Origin: an uncultured bacterium
GTDB taxonomy: Bacteria > Bacillota > Clostridia > Oscillospirales > Acutalibacteraceae
NCBI GenBank assembly: GCA_905215855.1
Contig: CAJMRT010000003.1
Coordinates: 12,597-76,596, forward strand
Length of the DNA stretch: 64,000 nt
Direction: 5' to 3'
Shown here piece by piece: positions 37,281 through 46,485 of this stretch. The notes below the pieces were generated by a model that saw only the letters and a program-made list of their open reading frames with translations, was not told where the DNA came from and made no database searches. Within the stretch, counting starts at the first letter, position 1; the number at the start of each line of letters is the position of its first letter. Position numbers and translations under genes: made by a program.

Positions 37281-38582
37281 TCAGTTAAAAAGATTGCTCA
37301 TACTGTCAAGCTGAACCTGAGTGTTGGCACTCATTACGCCGTTCATAAACAGCACTTCGTCAATGCCGTTTGTCTTGCAGTAATCAACAAGATTCTGATT
37401 GAAATATCTAAAGTCGATAACATGAACTTCTTCGTAGTTATTTGTAAGGTACGGAACAAAAGCGTTGCCGTAGCTTTCCTTTACAACGGCAATCTTCTTG
37501 CCTGCTGTTGCATTTTCAGAACTTGACTTGAGAACAGTGAGAGCGTTATCACCCATAATGAACACACCGTATGTGTTTGCACCGCCCCCTGCAGCTTCAT
37601 AGTACGGACTTTCGTAGCTTGCCGAAGAACCGTCGGCTTGAGTAATATCCATTGTCACATTGTATGGTAGTTTCCAGTAACTTACCGTGTCGCTGTCAAG
37701 TCCGTCTGCCGAGTTTGTAAACGAGCCGGTAAAGCCGTTGATCTTCTGTTCCTCACAGTCGTCAAGTGAAAGAACAGGCAAATCATTTGTATCGGCAAAC
37801 GCTGTGTAGGCATAGTAAGAACCAAGACCTGTCCAGTGATGATCGCTCTTGAAGTAGATGTAATCCGTGTTATGCTCCGCAAGACGGTTGTAGCAGTTAA
37901 TCGGAGTTACCTTGTCCGAAAGAGCCGCATATGCAGCCTTGATGTTGTCAGCCTGTGAAGTTGACGGAGCATCGCTGTCCTTAAGTCTTTGCGGAAGTCC
38001 CATTTCTGTGTGGTTCGGAACAATCATATCATACACCTTTACGGAACTACCGAACTTGTCTGCAAAACCGTTGATTGTCTGTGCATAGTTCTGAGCTCTT
38101 GCGTCATCACTTCCGAACAACTCGTAGCCTGTCTTGTTCCACACATAAATACTGTATGCAAGAGTACCTTTAGTATTATTGTCCTTTATGTTAGGTGTCA
38201 TAAAGTAGGTTGGTGAAAGCTCATCCGCTGCATTGGCAGAATTATTGGCAGTTGTTGTAGCCTGAACAGCAGGTGCTGTCGTTCCGACTGTTCCTGTCGG
38301 AATTTTTGAAAGCGAGTCGTCCTTTGAACAGCCCTTTATAATAGATGACAAAATCAATATGATAACAAGCAAAATTACAATTGCACTTGTAACAATGATA
38401 ATTCTGTTTCTTGTTCTTCTCTTATTTTTTCTTCTGACAGGTCTTCTTGAGGAACGCTGAGAAGACGGCCTTGTGGCATAGCTTGCAGGACGGCGCTGCT
38501 GTCTGCGGCGATATTCGCGGCTGTCTATGCTGTCATCAAAATTATCAAGATCAAAATAATCGTAATCGTTTCGTCTGCTCAT
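37281..38582 (-). CDS. DHHW-family protein: cytoplasmic Arg/Ser-rich tail, one TM, large extracytoplasmic domain (AlgX/AlgJ-like SGNH-type putative polysaccharide O-acetyltransferase or esterase)
   Basis: Literal DHHW motif (YIYFKSDHHWTGLGSYYAY). N-terminal RRRQQRRPASYATRPSSQRSSRRPVRRKNKRRTRNR, then TM IIIVTSAIVILLVIILILSSII. The start is re-placed at MSRRNDY with RBS GGGAGAG. Confidence 0.65.
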   Translation of the reverse strand: MSRRNDYDYFDLDNFDDSIDSREYRRRQQRRPASYATRPSSQRSSRRPVRRKNKRRTRNRIIIVTSAIVILLVIILILSSIIKGCSKDDSLSKIPTGTVGTTAPAVQATTTANNSANAADELSPTYFMTPNIKDNNTKGTLAYSIYVWNKTGYELFGSDDARAQNYAQTINGFADKFGSSVKVYDMIVPNHTEMGLPQRLKDSDAPSTSQADNIKAAYAALSDKVTPINCYNRLAEHNTDYIYFKSDHHWTGLGSYYAYTAFADTNDLPVLSLDDCEEQKINGFTGSFTNSADGLDSDTVSYWKLPYNVTMDITQADGSSASYESPYYEAAGGGANTYGVFIMGDNALTVLKSSSENATAGKKIAVVKESYGNAFVPYLTNNYEEVHVIDFRYFNQNLVDYCKTNGIDEVLFMNGVMSANTQVQLDSMSNLFN

Positions 38583-38929
38583 AGTGTTCTCTCCCAACTC
38601 TCCCGAATGAAGAATAATTATATAAAGCTGCCGGTTACTCACGGCAAATATTGTATTTAAGTCTGCCTCAGCCACGCTTTGGTTGTATGGGACATTATCA
38701 CTTAGATTATACAACAGAAAGTCATTAAAAACAATACAAAAAGCACAAAAAATACAATTTTCGGGGATAAACCTCACTCATCGAAAAGTCTTTTTAAAAA
38801 ATTTATTGGGACAAATAAAACAAAATTGCAAATATGCCGTTAATTTTCTTGAACATATAGGCAATTCGTGATAAAATTATATGGCATAGAGTTTTTAAAA
38901 ACCTTATCATTTGAAAAGGAGCATATACT

Positions 38930-40114
38930 ATGGAATACAAGTTTTCCGACAGGGTTTCAAACCTCAAGCCAAGCGCTATAAGAGAAATCTTTAAATATGC
39001 GGCTGACCCGAGTGTTGTTTCACTTTCGGCAGGCAACCCTTCCCCCGATGCTTTTCCCGCAAAAGAGATTGCGGAAATCTCGGCAAAGGTTCTTGCAGAA
39101 GACCCTATTTCGGTTTTGCAGTACAGTGTTTCGGAGGGTTACACTCCGCTTAGAAAACACCTTATGGAATATATGAAAAAGGAGCACAATACAGGCTCTG
39201 ACAATGACGATATTCTCATCACAACGGGTGCACAGCAGATTATGGATTTGTGTTCAAAGGCTCTTGTAAACGAGGGCGAGGTTGTTATCTGCGAAGCACC
39301 GTCATTCATCGGTTCGCTCAACACATTCAGAAGCTATAACGCAAAGCTCGTAGGAGTTCCCGTTGAGCCTGACGGTATGAATACCGAAAAACTCGAAGAG
39401 GCTTTAAAAGCCAATCCGAACGCAAAGCTTATTTACACAATCCCGAATTTTCAAAATCCGTCAGGTGTTACAATGAGCCTTGAAAAGCGTAAGAAAGTTT
39501 ATGAGCTTGCCAAAAAATACGGCGTTCTCATCATTGAGGACAACCCGTACGGCGATTTGCGTTACAGCGGCGAATATGTTCCGAACATAAAAAGCCTTGA
39601 TACTGACGGCATTGTAATCTATGCAGGCTCGTTCTCAAAGGTAATTTCACCGGGTATGCGTGTTGCCTACACAATTGCACCAAAGCCGATTTTCCAAAAG
39701 CTTGTTGTGTGCAAGCAGGGCAACGATGTTCACACTAATATTTGGTCGCAGTATGTATGCGATGAATTTATCACAAAGTACGACTTCAACGCTCACCTTG
39801 CAAAGCTGCGTGAAATCTACACAAAGAAAGCAAGCTTCTGTATGGAGCTTCTCGACAAATACTGCGCACCGAAAATCACATATCACAAAATTGACGGCGG
39901 TCTTTTCATATGGTGCGACTTGCCAGAAGAAATTGATATGCCGAATTTCTGCAAGGAACTCGTTCTCAAAAAGGTTTGCGTAGTTCCGGGCAATGCATTT
40001 TTAACAGACGAAAACGAAACATGTCACAGTTTCAGAATAAACTTTTCAACACCGACTGACGAACAGCTTGAAAGAGGAATTAAAATCCTCGGCGAGTATG
40101 CAAACAGTCTTTAA
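38930..40114 (+). CDS. PLP-dependent aminotransferase, class I/II fold (aspartate/aromatic/2-aminoadipate aminotransferase-like)
   Basis: N-terminal ...SNLKPSAIREI. PLP-Lys region AGSFSKVISPGMRVAY. ~394 aa. Confidence 0.75.
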   Translation: MEYKFSDRVSNLKPSAIREIFKYAADPSVVSLSAGNPSPDAFPAKEIAEISAKVLAEDPISVLQYSVSEGYTPLRKHLMEYMKKEHNTGSDNDDILITTGAQQIMDLCSKALVNEGEVVICEAPSFIGSLNTFRSYNAKLVGVPVEPDGMNTEKLEEALKANPNAKLIYTIPNFQNPSGVTMSLEKRKKVYELAKKYGVLIIEDNPYGDLRYSGEYVPNIKSLDTDGIVIYAGSFSKVISPGMRVAYTIAPKPIFQKLVVCKQGNDVHTNIWSQYVCDEFITKYDFNAHLAKLREIYTKKASFCMELLDKYCAPKITYHKIDGGLFIWCDLPEEIDMPNFCKELVLKKVCVVPGNAFLTDENETCHSFRINFSTPTDEQLERGIKILGEYANSL

Positions 40115-40129
40115 TCACGGAGGACAATT

Positions 40130-41128
40130 ATGGAAAATCAGACAAAAAAAGAGGTTGTATTCAGTGCAATACAGCCCAGCGGAACAATTACACTCGGCAA
40201 CTATCTCGGTGCAGTTCGCAACTGGGTTACAATGCAGAACGAATACGACTGCATTTACGCTCTTGCAGATTTGCACACAATCACAGTAAGACAGACTCCT
40301 GCCGTTATGCGTAAAAACATAATTGACGCTTATGCTTCAATTATGGCTTGCGGCATTGATGTTGAAAAGAGTCTTTTCTTCATTCAGAGCCATGTTCACA
40401 CTCACGCAGAGCTTGCATGGGCGCTCAGCTGTTACACACAGTTCGGCGAACTTTCAAGAATGACACAGTTCAAGGACAAGTCTGCAAAGCATGCTGACAA
40501 CATTAACGCAGGTCTTTTCACATATCCTGTACTTATGGCTGCCGACATTCTTCTTTATCAGGCAGACAAAGTGCCTGTTGGTGCAGACCAGAAACAGCAC
40601 ATTGAAATCACAAGAAACATTGCAGAGCGTTTTAACGGTCTTTACGGCAATGTGTTCAAGATTCCGGACGGTTTCATTCCAAAGAACGGTGCAAGAGTTA
40701 TGAGCCTTCAGGACCCGACAAGAAAGATGAGTAAGTCAGACGAAAATGTAAACGGCTGTGTACATCTTCTTGACACACCTGAAGTTATTATGAAAAAATT
40801 CAAGAGAGCCGTTACAGACAGCGAAGCTAAGGTTCGTTATGCAGAGGGTAAAGACGGTGTAAACAACCTTATGGCTATTTACAGTGCAGTTACAGGTCTT
40901 TCATATGAGCAGATTGAAAGAGATTTTGACGGCAAGGGTTACGGCGACTTCAAGACTGCGGTAGGCGAGGCAGTTGTTGAAGAACTCCGTCCTATCCGTG
41001 AACGCTATGAAAAGCTTGTTGCAGACAAGGCATATCTCGAAAGTTGTTACAGAAAAGCAGATGAAATTGCTCTTAAAATCAGCAGCCGTACAATGGGCAA
41101 GGTTATGAAGAAAATCGGTTTCATTTAA
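40130..41128 (+). CDS. trpS: Tryptophanyl-tRNA synthetase
   Basis: Class I HIGH-type region (TITLGNYLGAVRNW), KMSKS motif, 332 aa. Confidence 0.9.
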   Translation: MENQTKKEVVFSAIQPSGTITLGNYLGAVRNWVTMQNEYDCIYALADLHTITVRQTPAVMRKNIIDAYASIMACGIDVEKSLFFIQSHVHTHAELAWALSCYTQFGELSRMTQFKDKSAKHADNINAGLFTYPVLMAADILLYQADKVPVGADQKQHIEITRNIAERFNGLYGNVFKIPDGFIPKNGARVMSLQDPTRKMSKSDENVNGCVHLLDTPEVIMKKFKRAVTDSEAKVRYAEGKDGVNNLMAIYSAVTGLSYEQIERDFDGKGYGDFKTAVGEAVVEELRPIRERYEKLVADKAYLESCYRKADEIALKISSRTMGKVMKKIGFI

Positions 41129-41145
41129 TCGGGAGAAGTTATTTT

Positions 41146-42357
41146 ATGACAAAAATCGAAAGCAAAGCGATTGACTTTATCAAGAAAAATATTCTTCTGT
41201 TTCTGCTTGCTGCTGTTACAATTTTGGCTGTTTTTATCAGAATTTGCGGAGGAATAGATTATAAAAGCGATGATTTCAACAGCTTTCTATATCCGTGGTG
41301 GCGCATAATCAAGCAGAGTGATTTTACAGGACTTGCCACTCAGGTGGGCAACTACAACATTCCGTATCAGGTAATAATTTACTTGATGACATTGTTGCCG
41401 TTCAGTGCATTGCAGTCGTACAAAATCGTATCAATAATCTTTGACTTTGTGCTTGCGTTCTCTTCGGCGGCACTTGTGTATTCGTTTGTAAAAAGCAACG
41501 CAAAGTTAAAGGCGGCAATCACTTACTCTGCCGTACTTCTTTCGACAACGGTAATTTTTAACTCATCATTTTGGGCACAGTGCGATTCGATTTACACATC
41601 GTTTATAATTCTGGCAATCCTGTTTTTGCACAAGGACAAGCCGATTGCAGCATTTGTATTCATCGGCATTGCATTTGCATTCAAACTGCAAACCGTGTTC
41701 ATCATTCCCGTTTTGCTCTATTACTGGATTTCGACAAAGAAAATCTCAATTTTGCATTTCTTTATTATTCCCGCAGTTGATGTTATAATGTGCCTGCCTG
41801 CAATTATTATGGGCAGACCGTTTATAGACATTATCACAATCTATGCGGAACAGACTGATTACGGAAAGTTGATTCAGATGAACTGCCCGAACTTCTATGC
41901 ACTTATGTGCGAGGGCAACGATATGACATATTACTATCTGTTCAAGCAGTTCTCGGTTCTCCTCACAATTGCCGTTCTCGGAATTATGATGTGCGTCATC
42001 ATCTGTAAAAAGGTTGATTTAAGGAATATGGAAACATTCCTCCTCACCTCTGCGTGGACTGTGTTCACCTGCATTATGTTCCTTTCGTCAATGCACGAAC
42101 GCTACGGTTATCTGCTTGACATCATTTTAATTGTCTATGCGGTTATAAGTGCAAAACACCTGTGGATTCCGATTGTGTCAACGCTTATAAGCCTGAGAGG
42201 CTATTGCTACTATCTGTTCTCCTACGAGCTTGTAAGCCTCAAGGTGACCGCAATCATCTGCACCGCACTTTATGTTTATATAACATTCCTGCTCGTAAAA
42301 ACAATTTTCAAAATTAAATCCTCTGATAAATTGCCAAAAGAGTCGATTTTAAATTGA
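41146..42357 (+). CDS. Polytopic membrane protein, GT-C-fold glycosyltransferase-like (DUF2029/GT87-like). Putative.
   Basis: ~11 TM with an early extracytoplasmic loop containing D-rich YKSDDFNSFLYPWW. Resembles mannosyl/arabinosyl-transferase-type GT-C proteins. Assignment is by pattern only. Confidence 0.35.
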   Translation: MTKIESKAIDFIKKNILLFLLAAVTILAVFIRICGGIDYKSDDFNSFLYPWWRIIKQSDFTGLATQVGNYNIPYQVIIYLMTLLPFSALQSYKIVSIIFDFVLAFSSAALVYSFVKSNAKLKAAITYSAVLLSTTVIFNSSFWAQCDSIYTSFIILAILFLHKDKPIAAFVFIGIAFAFKLQTVFIIPVLLYYWISTKKISILHFFIIPAVDVIMCLPAIIMGRPFIDIITIYAEQTDYGKLIQMNCPNFYALMCEGNDMTYYYLFKQFSVLLTIAVLGIMMCVIICKKVDLRNMETFLLTSAWTVFTCIMFLSSMHERYGYLLDIILIVYAVISAKHLWIPIVSTLISLRGYCYYLFSYELVSLKVTAIICTALYVYITFLLVKTIFKIKSSDKLPKESILN

Positions 42358-42380
42358 CATTTTTAATATTTAACAGACTA

Positions 42381-42427
42381 AACAAAATCCGAAACCCTTT
42401 GAAATAGGTTTCGGATTTTGCTTTTTG
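42381..42427. terminator. Bidirectional intrinsic terminator between convergent genes
   Basis: Perfect 12/13-bp stem aaatccgaaacc / ggtttcggattt with an A-run upstream and a T-run downstream. Confidence 0.75.
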
Positions 42428-42444
42428 TATGATTATAAAATAAA

Positions 42445-44238
42445 TTACTTCTTGCTTTCAAGCCACATATCAAGGGCTTTTTCGTAGACATCAATGCTTG
42501 TGATTCCGAGATTCATAATGAATGTGTGATATTCCTTTGCGTCAAAGCTTGAGCCAAGCTCGCTTTCGGCTGTTTCACGCATATCAATCATCTTGAGGTA
42601 GCCTACGGTATAGGGGAGAAAATAACCCGGATTTGAACGGGCAAGGTCATACGCCTCTTTTGTTGCGGCTGTAACGCTCTCATTGTCAGCCGAACCGAGT
42701 GCCGTTGACATATACTCCTTGACTTTATCGTAATCCCAGCCGTTGTAGTTCACACCGACATCGACCATGGAGTAAAGAATATAGCCGAGAATATCATTTG
42801 CGTAGATAAGCTTCTTAATGCCATCGCTCGTATCAAGGTAATCAAGCGTACATTTCGAGGCATACTGCGCCCAACCCTCGGTTGCGCCCATAAAGTTTAA
42901 AATCTTGCGTACATTCGGGATATCCTTGTTTGCATTTGATGCGGTAAACTGATAAAGATGACCCGGATAGCCTTCGTGGGCAAGGGTTGTGTACATCTGA
43001 GTCATACCCTTATTTGCAAAATCGGGATTTATCTTGATAATATTAACGCTTGTATCGTCAATTCGTCCCTGAACATAGTACGCTCCCACATTGTCGCTCT
43101 TTGCGGAATCGCTCATATAATCTGCCGTGTAAGAGGTTGTAACTGGAGTCGGAAAGTCCTCCTCGATATTCTCAATCAAAAATTCAAGTACCTCATCGGC
43201 GTCCTTAAAGTCGGGTTTGTAGTCCTGAAATTTGCTCAAGTCATCCTGCGAAACATTGCTCATGCTCATTCCAACCTTTGTAAAGCTGTTTGTAAGGTAT
43301 GACTTAAGCTCCTCGGGAGTCATACTGCTGCTTGTTTTGTCTTTGACAATTGCCGAATAATACTTTTTGCCGATTTTGCCGTAACCGCAAAGACCTTCTT
43401 CGTTTTTGCCTGATTTTTTTAGACTTTCAAGTGCTGAATTTGCTGATTTCAAAGCAGGGATGTAGTATTCTTCAAAATACTTTTTGTTGGTTTCGACAAC
43501 AGTCTTTTCCTCGGAATCGCTAAGACCGAGTGACTTTATTCTCGACTCAAACTCGTCAACAAGCACGGACTTGTCATTCTTAATATGCTTTTCGCACTCG
43601 TCAATTGACTGCTGTGCAATATCTTCAGCCATAAAGTAGCCGTCCTCAGCCTGTTTCCTTGTGAACTCAATACACTCGTCCATATAGCGTTTTGTGTCCT
43701 TCAAAACAGCGAGGTAGAGGTCTGTATCGTCTTTTTCATAGAAAGTGAACTCTGACAAAGTTGTAAAGAGGTTTGTAATAATTCCCGACTGCGGTGCAAA
43801 AATACTCTGCAATTCTGTTGTTCCCTCATATGAAAGCTGAATTTCAAAGTAGCTTTCAAGGGTGTCATAGGTCTGCTTTTGAGAAGAAGTAAGTCCCGAA
43901 CGGTCAAACTCCTCCAAATCCGTTTTTGCCTCTTTCAGTTTATCAAGGGATTCTTTTGTATCTTTATCGGACACATGACCAAGGGTATAGTCCTCCTCGT
44001 CATATTTCAGACCGTAGTCCGACGGATTTGAAATATCAAAATGTGCGGTAAGAGCATCATCCTCAAGTTCTTCCGAAAACAAACCGTCACAATATTTATC
44101 AAACTGAATTTGTGCATCCGTTTTGGTTGGTTCTGTGTCAGAGTCAAAGTCACAGGCACAGACAGAAAATGCCATAACGGCACACAACATAACAGCAAGC
44201 GTACCCTTGAGTGACTTTTTATTTATAATTTTCTTCAT
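42445..44238 (-). CDS. DUF885-family lipoprotein (putative metallopeptidase-like)
   Basis: Lipobox (LCAVMAFSVCAC). Conserved HEGYPGHLYQ motif near the C-terminus, typical of DUF885. The start is re-placed at MKKIINKK. Confidence 0.6.
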   Translation of the reverse strand: MKKIINKKSLKGTLAVMLCAVMAFSVCACDFDSDTEPTKTDAQIQFDKYCDGLFSEELEDDALTAHFDISNPSDYGLKYDEEDYTLGHVSDKDTKESLDKLKEAKTDLEEFDRSGLTSSQKQTYDTLESYFEIQLSYEGTTELQSIFAPQSGIITNLFTTLSEFTFYEKDDTDLYLAVLKDTKRYMDECIEFTRKQAEDGYFMAEDIAQQSIDECEKHIKNDKSVLVDEFESRIKSLGLSDSEEKTVVETNKKYFEEYYIPALKSANSALESLKKSGKNEEGLCGYGKIGKKYYSAIVKDKTSSSMTPEELKSYLTNSFTKVGMSMSNVSQDDLSKFQDYKPDFKDADEVLEFLIENIEEDFPTPVTTSYTADYMSDSAKSDNVGAYYVQGRIDDTSVNIIKINPDFANKGMTQMYTTLAHEGYPGHLYQFTASNANKDIPNVRKILNFMGATEGWAQYASKCTLDYLDTSDGIKKLIYANDILGYILYSMVDVGVNYNGWDYDKVKEYMSTALGSADNESVTAATKEAYDLARSNPGYFLPYTVGYLKMIDMRETAESELGSSFDAKEYHTFIMNLGITSIDVYEKALDMWLESKK

Positions 44239-44550
44239 TTTGTCCTCCGTAAAGATTGTTGTTTTCCAAAGTATAACATATTGTTGTCTGTTATTCAATG
44301 ATTATTTTTCATTTTACCCTTTTCCGCAGTAACCGTGGCAACGCTCAAAAGGCATTGCCGTTCTTTTTCAACAATTGTTGAAAACTATGTGGAAAATGTG
44401 TATAATAATTAACCCAGTCCAATTGCATTTTTGTAAATTGTAACCATTTGTAATTATTTGTAATTTTCTCAAAGAATTAAAAGCCTGCATAGAGAACTGT
44501 ATAACAAAAGCTGTGTATATATTCGGCTTGTTTTTGCAAACAAACCGATT

Positions 44551-44572
44551 GGCGAACACGGTTCGCCCCTAC
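44551..44572. repeat. Solo copy of the GTAGGGGCGAACCGTGTTCGCC hairpin repeat (inverted orientation)
   Basis: 22/22 identity, as reverse complement, to 58165..58186. Confidence 0.6.
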
Positions 44573-44582
44573 AAATAAAACG

Positions 44583-45926
44583 CTAACTAACTTTTCTCTT
44601 TTTCAAATAATAACCAACACCGAATGCGTCAGCCAAGAACCAACCTATGGGGATGGAGAGCCATATTCCGATAACGCCGATTAGGGGTATTCCTGACAAA
44701 ACAAGTGACAGCAGAACTCTTGTGCCGAGTGAAATCACAGTCAGCATGACTGACATAAACGGCTTGTTTACGGCACGATAGTAGCCGTACAGCATAAATA
44801 AGATTCCTATACCGATGTAGCACGCACCCTCAATTCGCAGATACTGCGAGCCGATTTCAATTGTCTGCACATTTGAGCTGTCAACAAAAATGCTCATTAA
44901 AGCACCCGAAAGGCTGAAAACAATTACGCTGACAACTGCGCTGAAAATTGCAACGCTTATCACGGCTTGTTTTATTCCCGACTTTATTCGGTCAATTTTC
45001 CCAGCACCGAAGTTTTGTGCAACAAAAACCGAAAATGCGTTTCCGAAGTCCTGCAACGGCATATAGGCGATTGTGTCAATCTTTACGGCAACCGCAAAAG
45101 CCGCCATAACAACTGCGCCAAAGCTGTTGACAATTCCCTGAACAACGAGTATGCCGAAGTTCATAACCGACTGTTGCAGACAGGTGAAGCCCGACAGCGA
45201 CAAAATATTTTTGAATTTTGCTCTGTCAAAATGCAGATCGGATTTTCTCACCCTGTATTCGGGACAGGCAAAGAGGAAGTACAGCAAAAGTCCTACTCCC
45301 GAAATGTACTGTGAAATCACGGTTGCAACCGCCGCACCGACAATTCCCATATCGAGCGAAATCACAAAATACAGGTCAAGTCCGACATTAAGTACAACCG
45401 ACACCGCAAGGAAAACAAGCGGTAAAAACGAGTTGCCCACGGCACGCAAAAGATTTGATATGTAATTGTAAAGAAATGTGGCAAAAAATCCGATAAATAC
45501 CCATAAAAGGTATGATTTAATATCACCGACAATTTCGGGCGGAACGCACAAAAGCGTTATTATAGGATCTATAAAAATATAAATGAGCGCCGTTATCAAC
45601 AGCGTGAGCGAGCCTATAAAAACCGATGACATAAAGATTCCGCCACGGATCTCGTCATTTCGTTTTCGACCGAAAGCCATTGACACAAACGCACCCGTAC
45701 CGAGCGAAAGTCCGATTATAACCGAATTGAGAAAGGTCAAAAGTGTATATGACGAGCCGACTGCCGCAAGGGCATTGTCGCCAACATATTTTCCGACCAC
45801 CCATGTATCGGCAAGGTTGTAAAACTGCTGAAACACATTGCCGAGCATAAGCGGTACTGCAAAAGACCACAGGCCGCCTGTTATACTGCCTGTGGTCAAA
45901 TCTCTGTTTTTATTTAGTTTTATCAC
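44583..45926 (-). CDS. MATE-family multidrug/oligosaccharide efflux transporter
   Basis: 12 TM, 447 aa, N-terminal ...LMLGNVFQQFYNLADTWVVGKYVGDNALAAVG, typical of MatE. Confidence 0.8.
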   Translation of the reverse strand: MIKLNKNRDLTTGSITGGLWSFAVPLMLGNVFQQFYNLADTWVVGKYVGDNALAAVGSSYTLLTFLNSVIIGLSLGTGAFVSMAFGRKRNDEIRGGIFMSSVFIGSLTLLITALIYIFIDPIITLLCVPPEIVGDIKSYLLWVFIGFFATFLYNYISNLLRAVGNSFLPLVFLAVSVVLNVGLDLYFVISLDMGIVGAAVATVISQYISGVGLLLYFLFACPEYRVRKSDLHFDRAKFKNILSLSGFTCLQQSVMNFGILVVQGIVNSFGAVVMAAFAVAVKIDTIAYMPLQDFGNAFSVFVAQNFGAGKIDRIKSGIKQAVISVAIFSAVVSVIVFSLSGALMSIFVDSSNVQTIEIGSQYLRIEGACYIGIGILFMLYGYYRAVNKPFMSVMLTVISLGTRVLLSLVLSGIPLIGVIGIWLSIPIGWFLADAFGVGYYLKKRKVS

Positions 45927-45959
45927 AAAATCATTCCGTTGCGACCGCAGATTCTGCGG

Positions 45960-46385
45960 TCATATTTTTTTGTTAAATTCACTTCCGCATTTCGGACAGC
46001 GAACAGTATGATTGCCTTTTTTGTTGCGAACACGAAGCTGCGCCTTGCACACGGGACACTTGATATAACGGTAGTCCTTGCGGTCACGAATTTTCTTGAA
46101 GGTCAGTTTGAACCAACCTGTTACCGCATTGTAAATCGGAAGAAATTTTCTGTTTTCGGCACTTCTTGCAACAATGTTGCGTGAGAACATACGAAAACAG
46201 ATAAGCACGATAATCAAGAGCATTATTCCGTCAATGATGTATCTTGCAACACGGTTCCACACAAAAATATTCACGAACCACAGTATGAGCAACAGCACCC
46301 AGAGTGCATTGTTGAGCTTATCCGTGCCGTATCTGCCCTGCATAAAATTGGCGAATCTGTTAAATAATCCTCGCATAAAGTTCAT
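45960..46385 (-). CDS. Small membrane protein with a C-terminal zinc-ribbon (CPVC...CPKC)
   Basis: Two TM segments then KCPVCKAQLRVRNKKGNHTVRCPKCGSEF. Co-oriented with, and 33 bp upstream of, the MATE gene. Confidence 0.45.
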   Translation of the reverse strand: MNFMRGLFNRFANFMQGRYGTDKLNNALWVLLLILWFVNIFVWNRVARYIIDGIMLLIIVLICFRMFSRNIVARSAENRKFLPIYNAVTGWFKLTFKKIRDRKDYRYIKCPVCKAQLRVRNKKGNHTVRCPKCGSEFNKKI

Positions 46386-46485
46386 CCTTTCCGCAAAAAG
46401 CGGTAATTACAAAAATCATCCTTCCACCATTTTATCACAGGCAGGGCGTACATTCAATAAACATTTGACGATATATGTCACTAAA

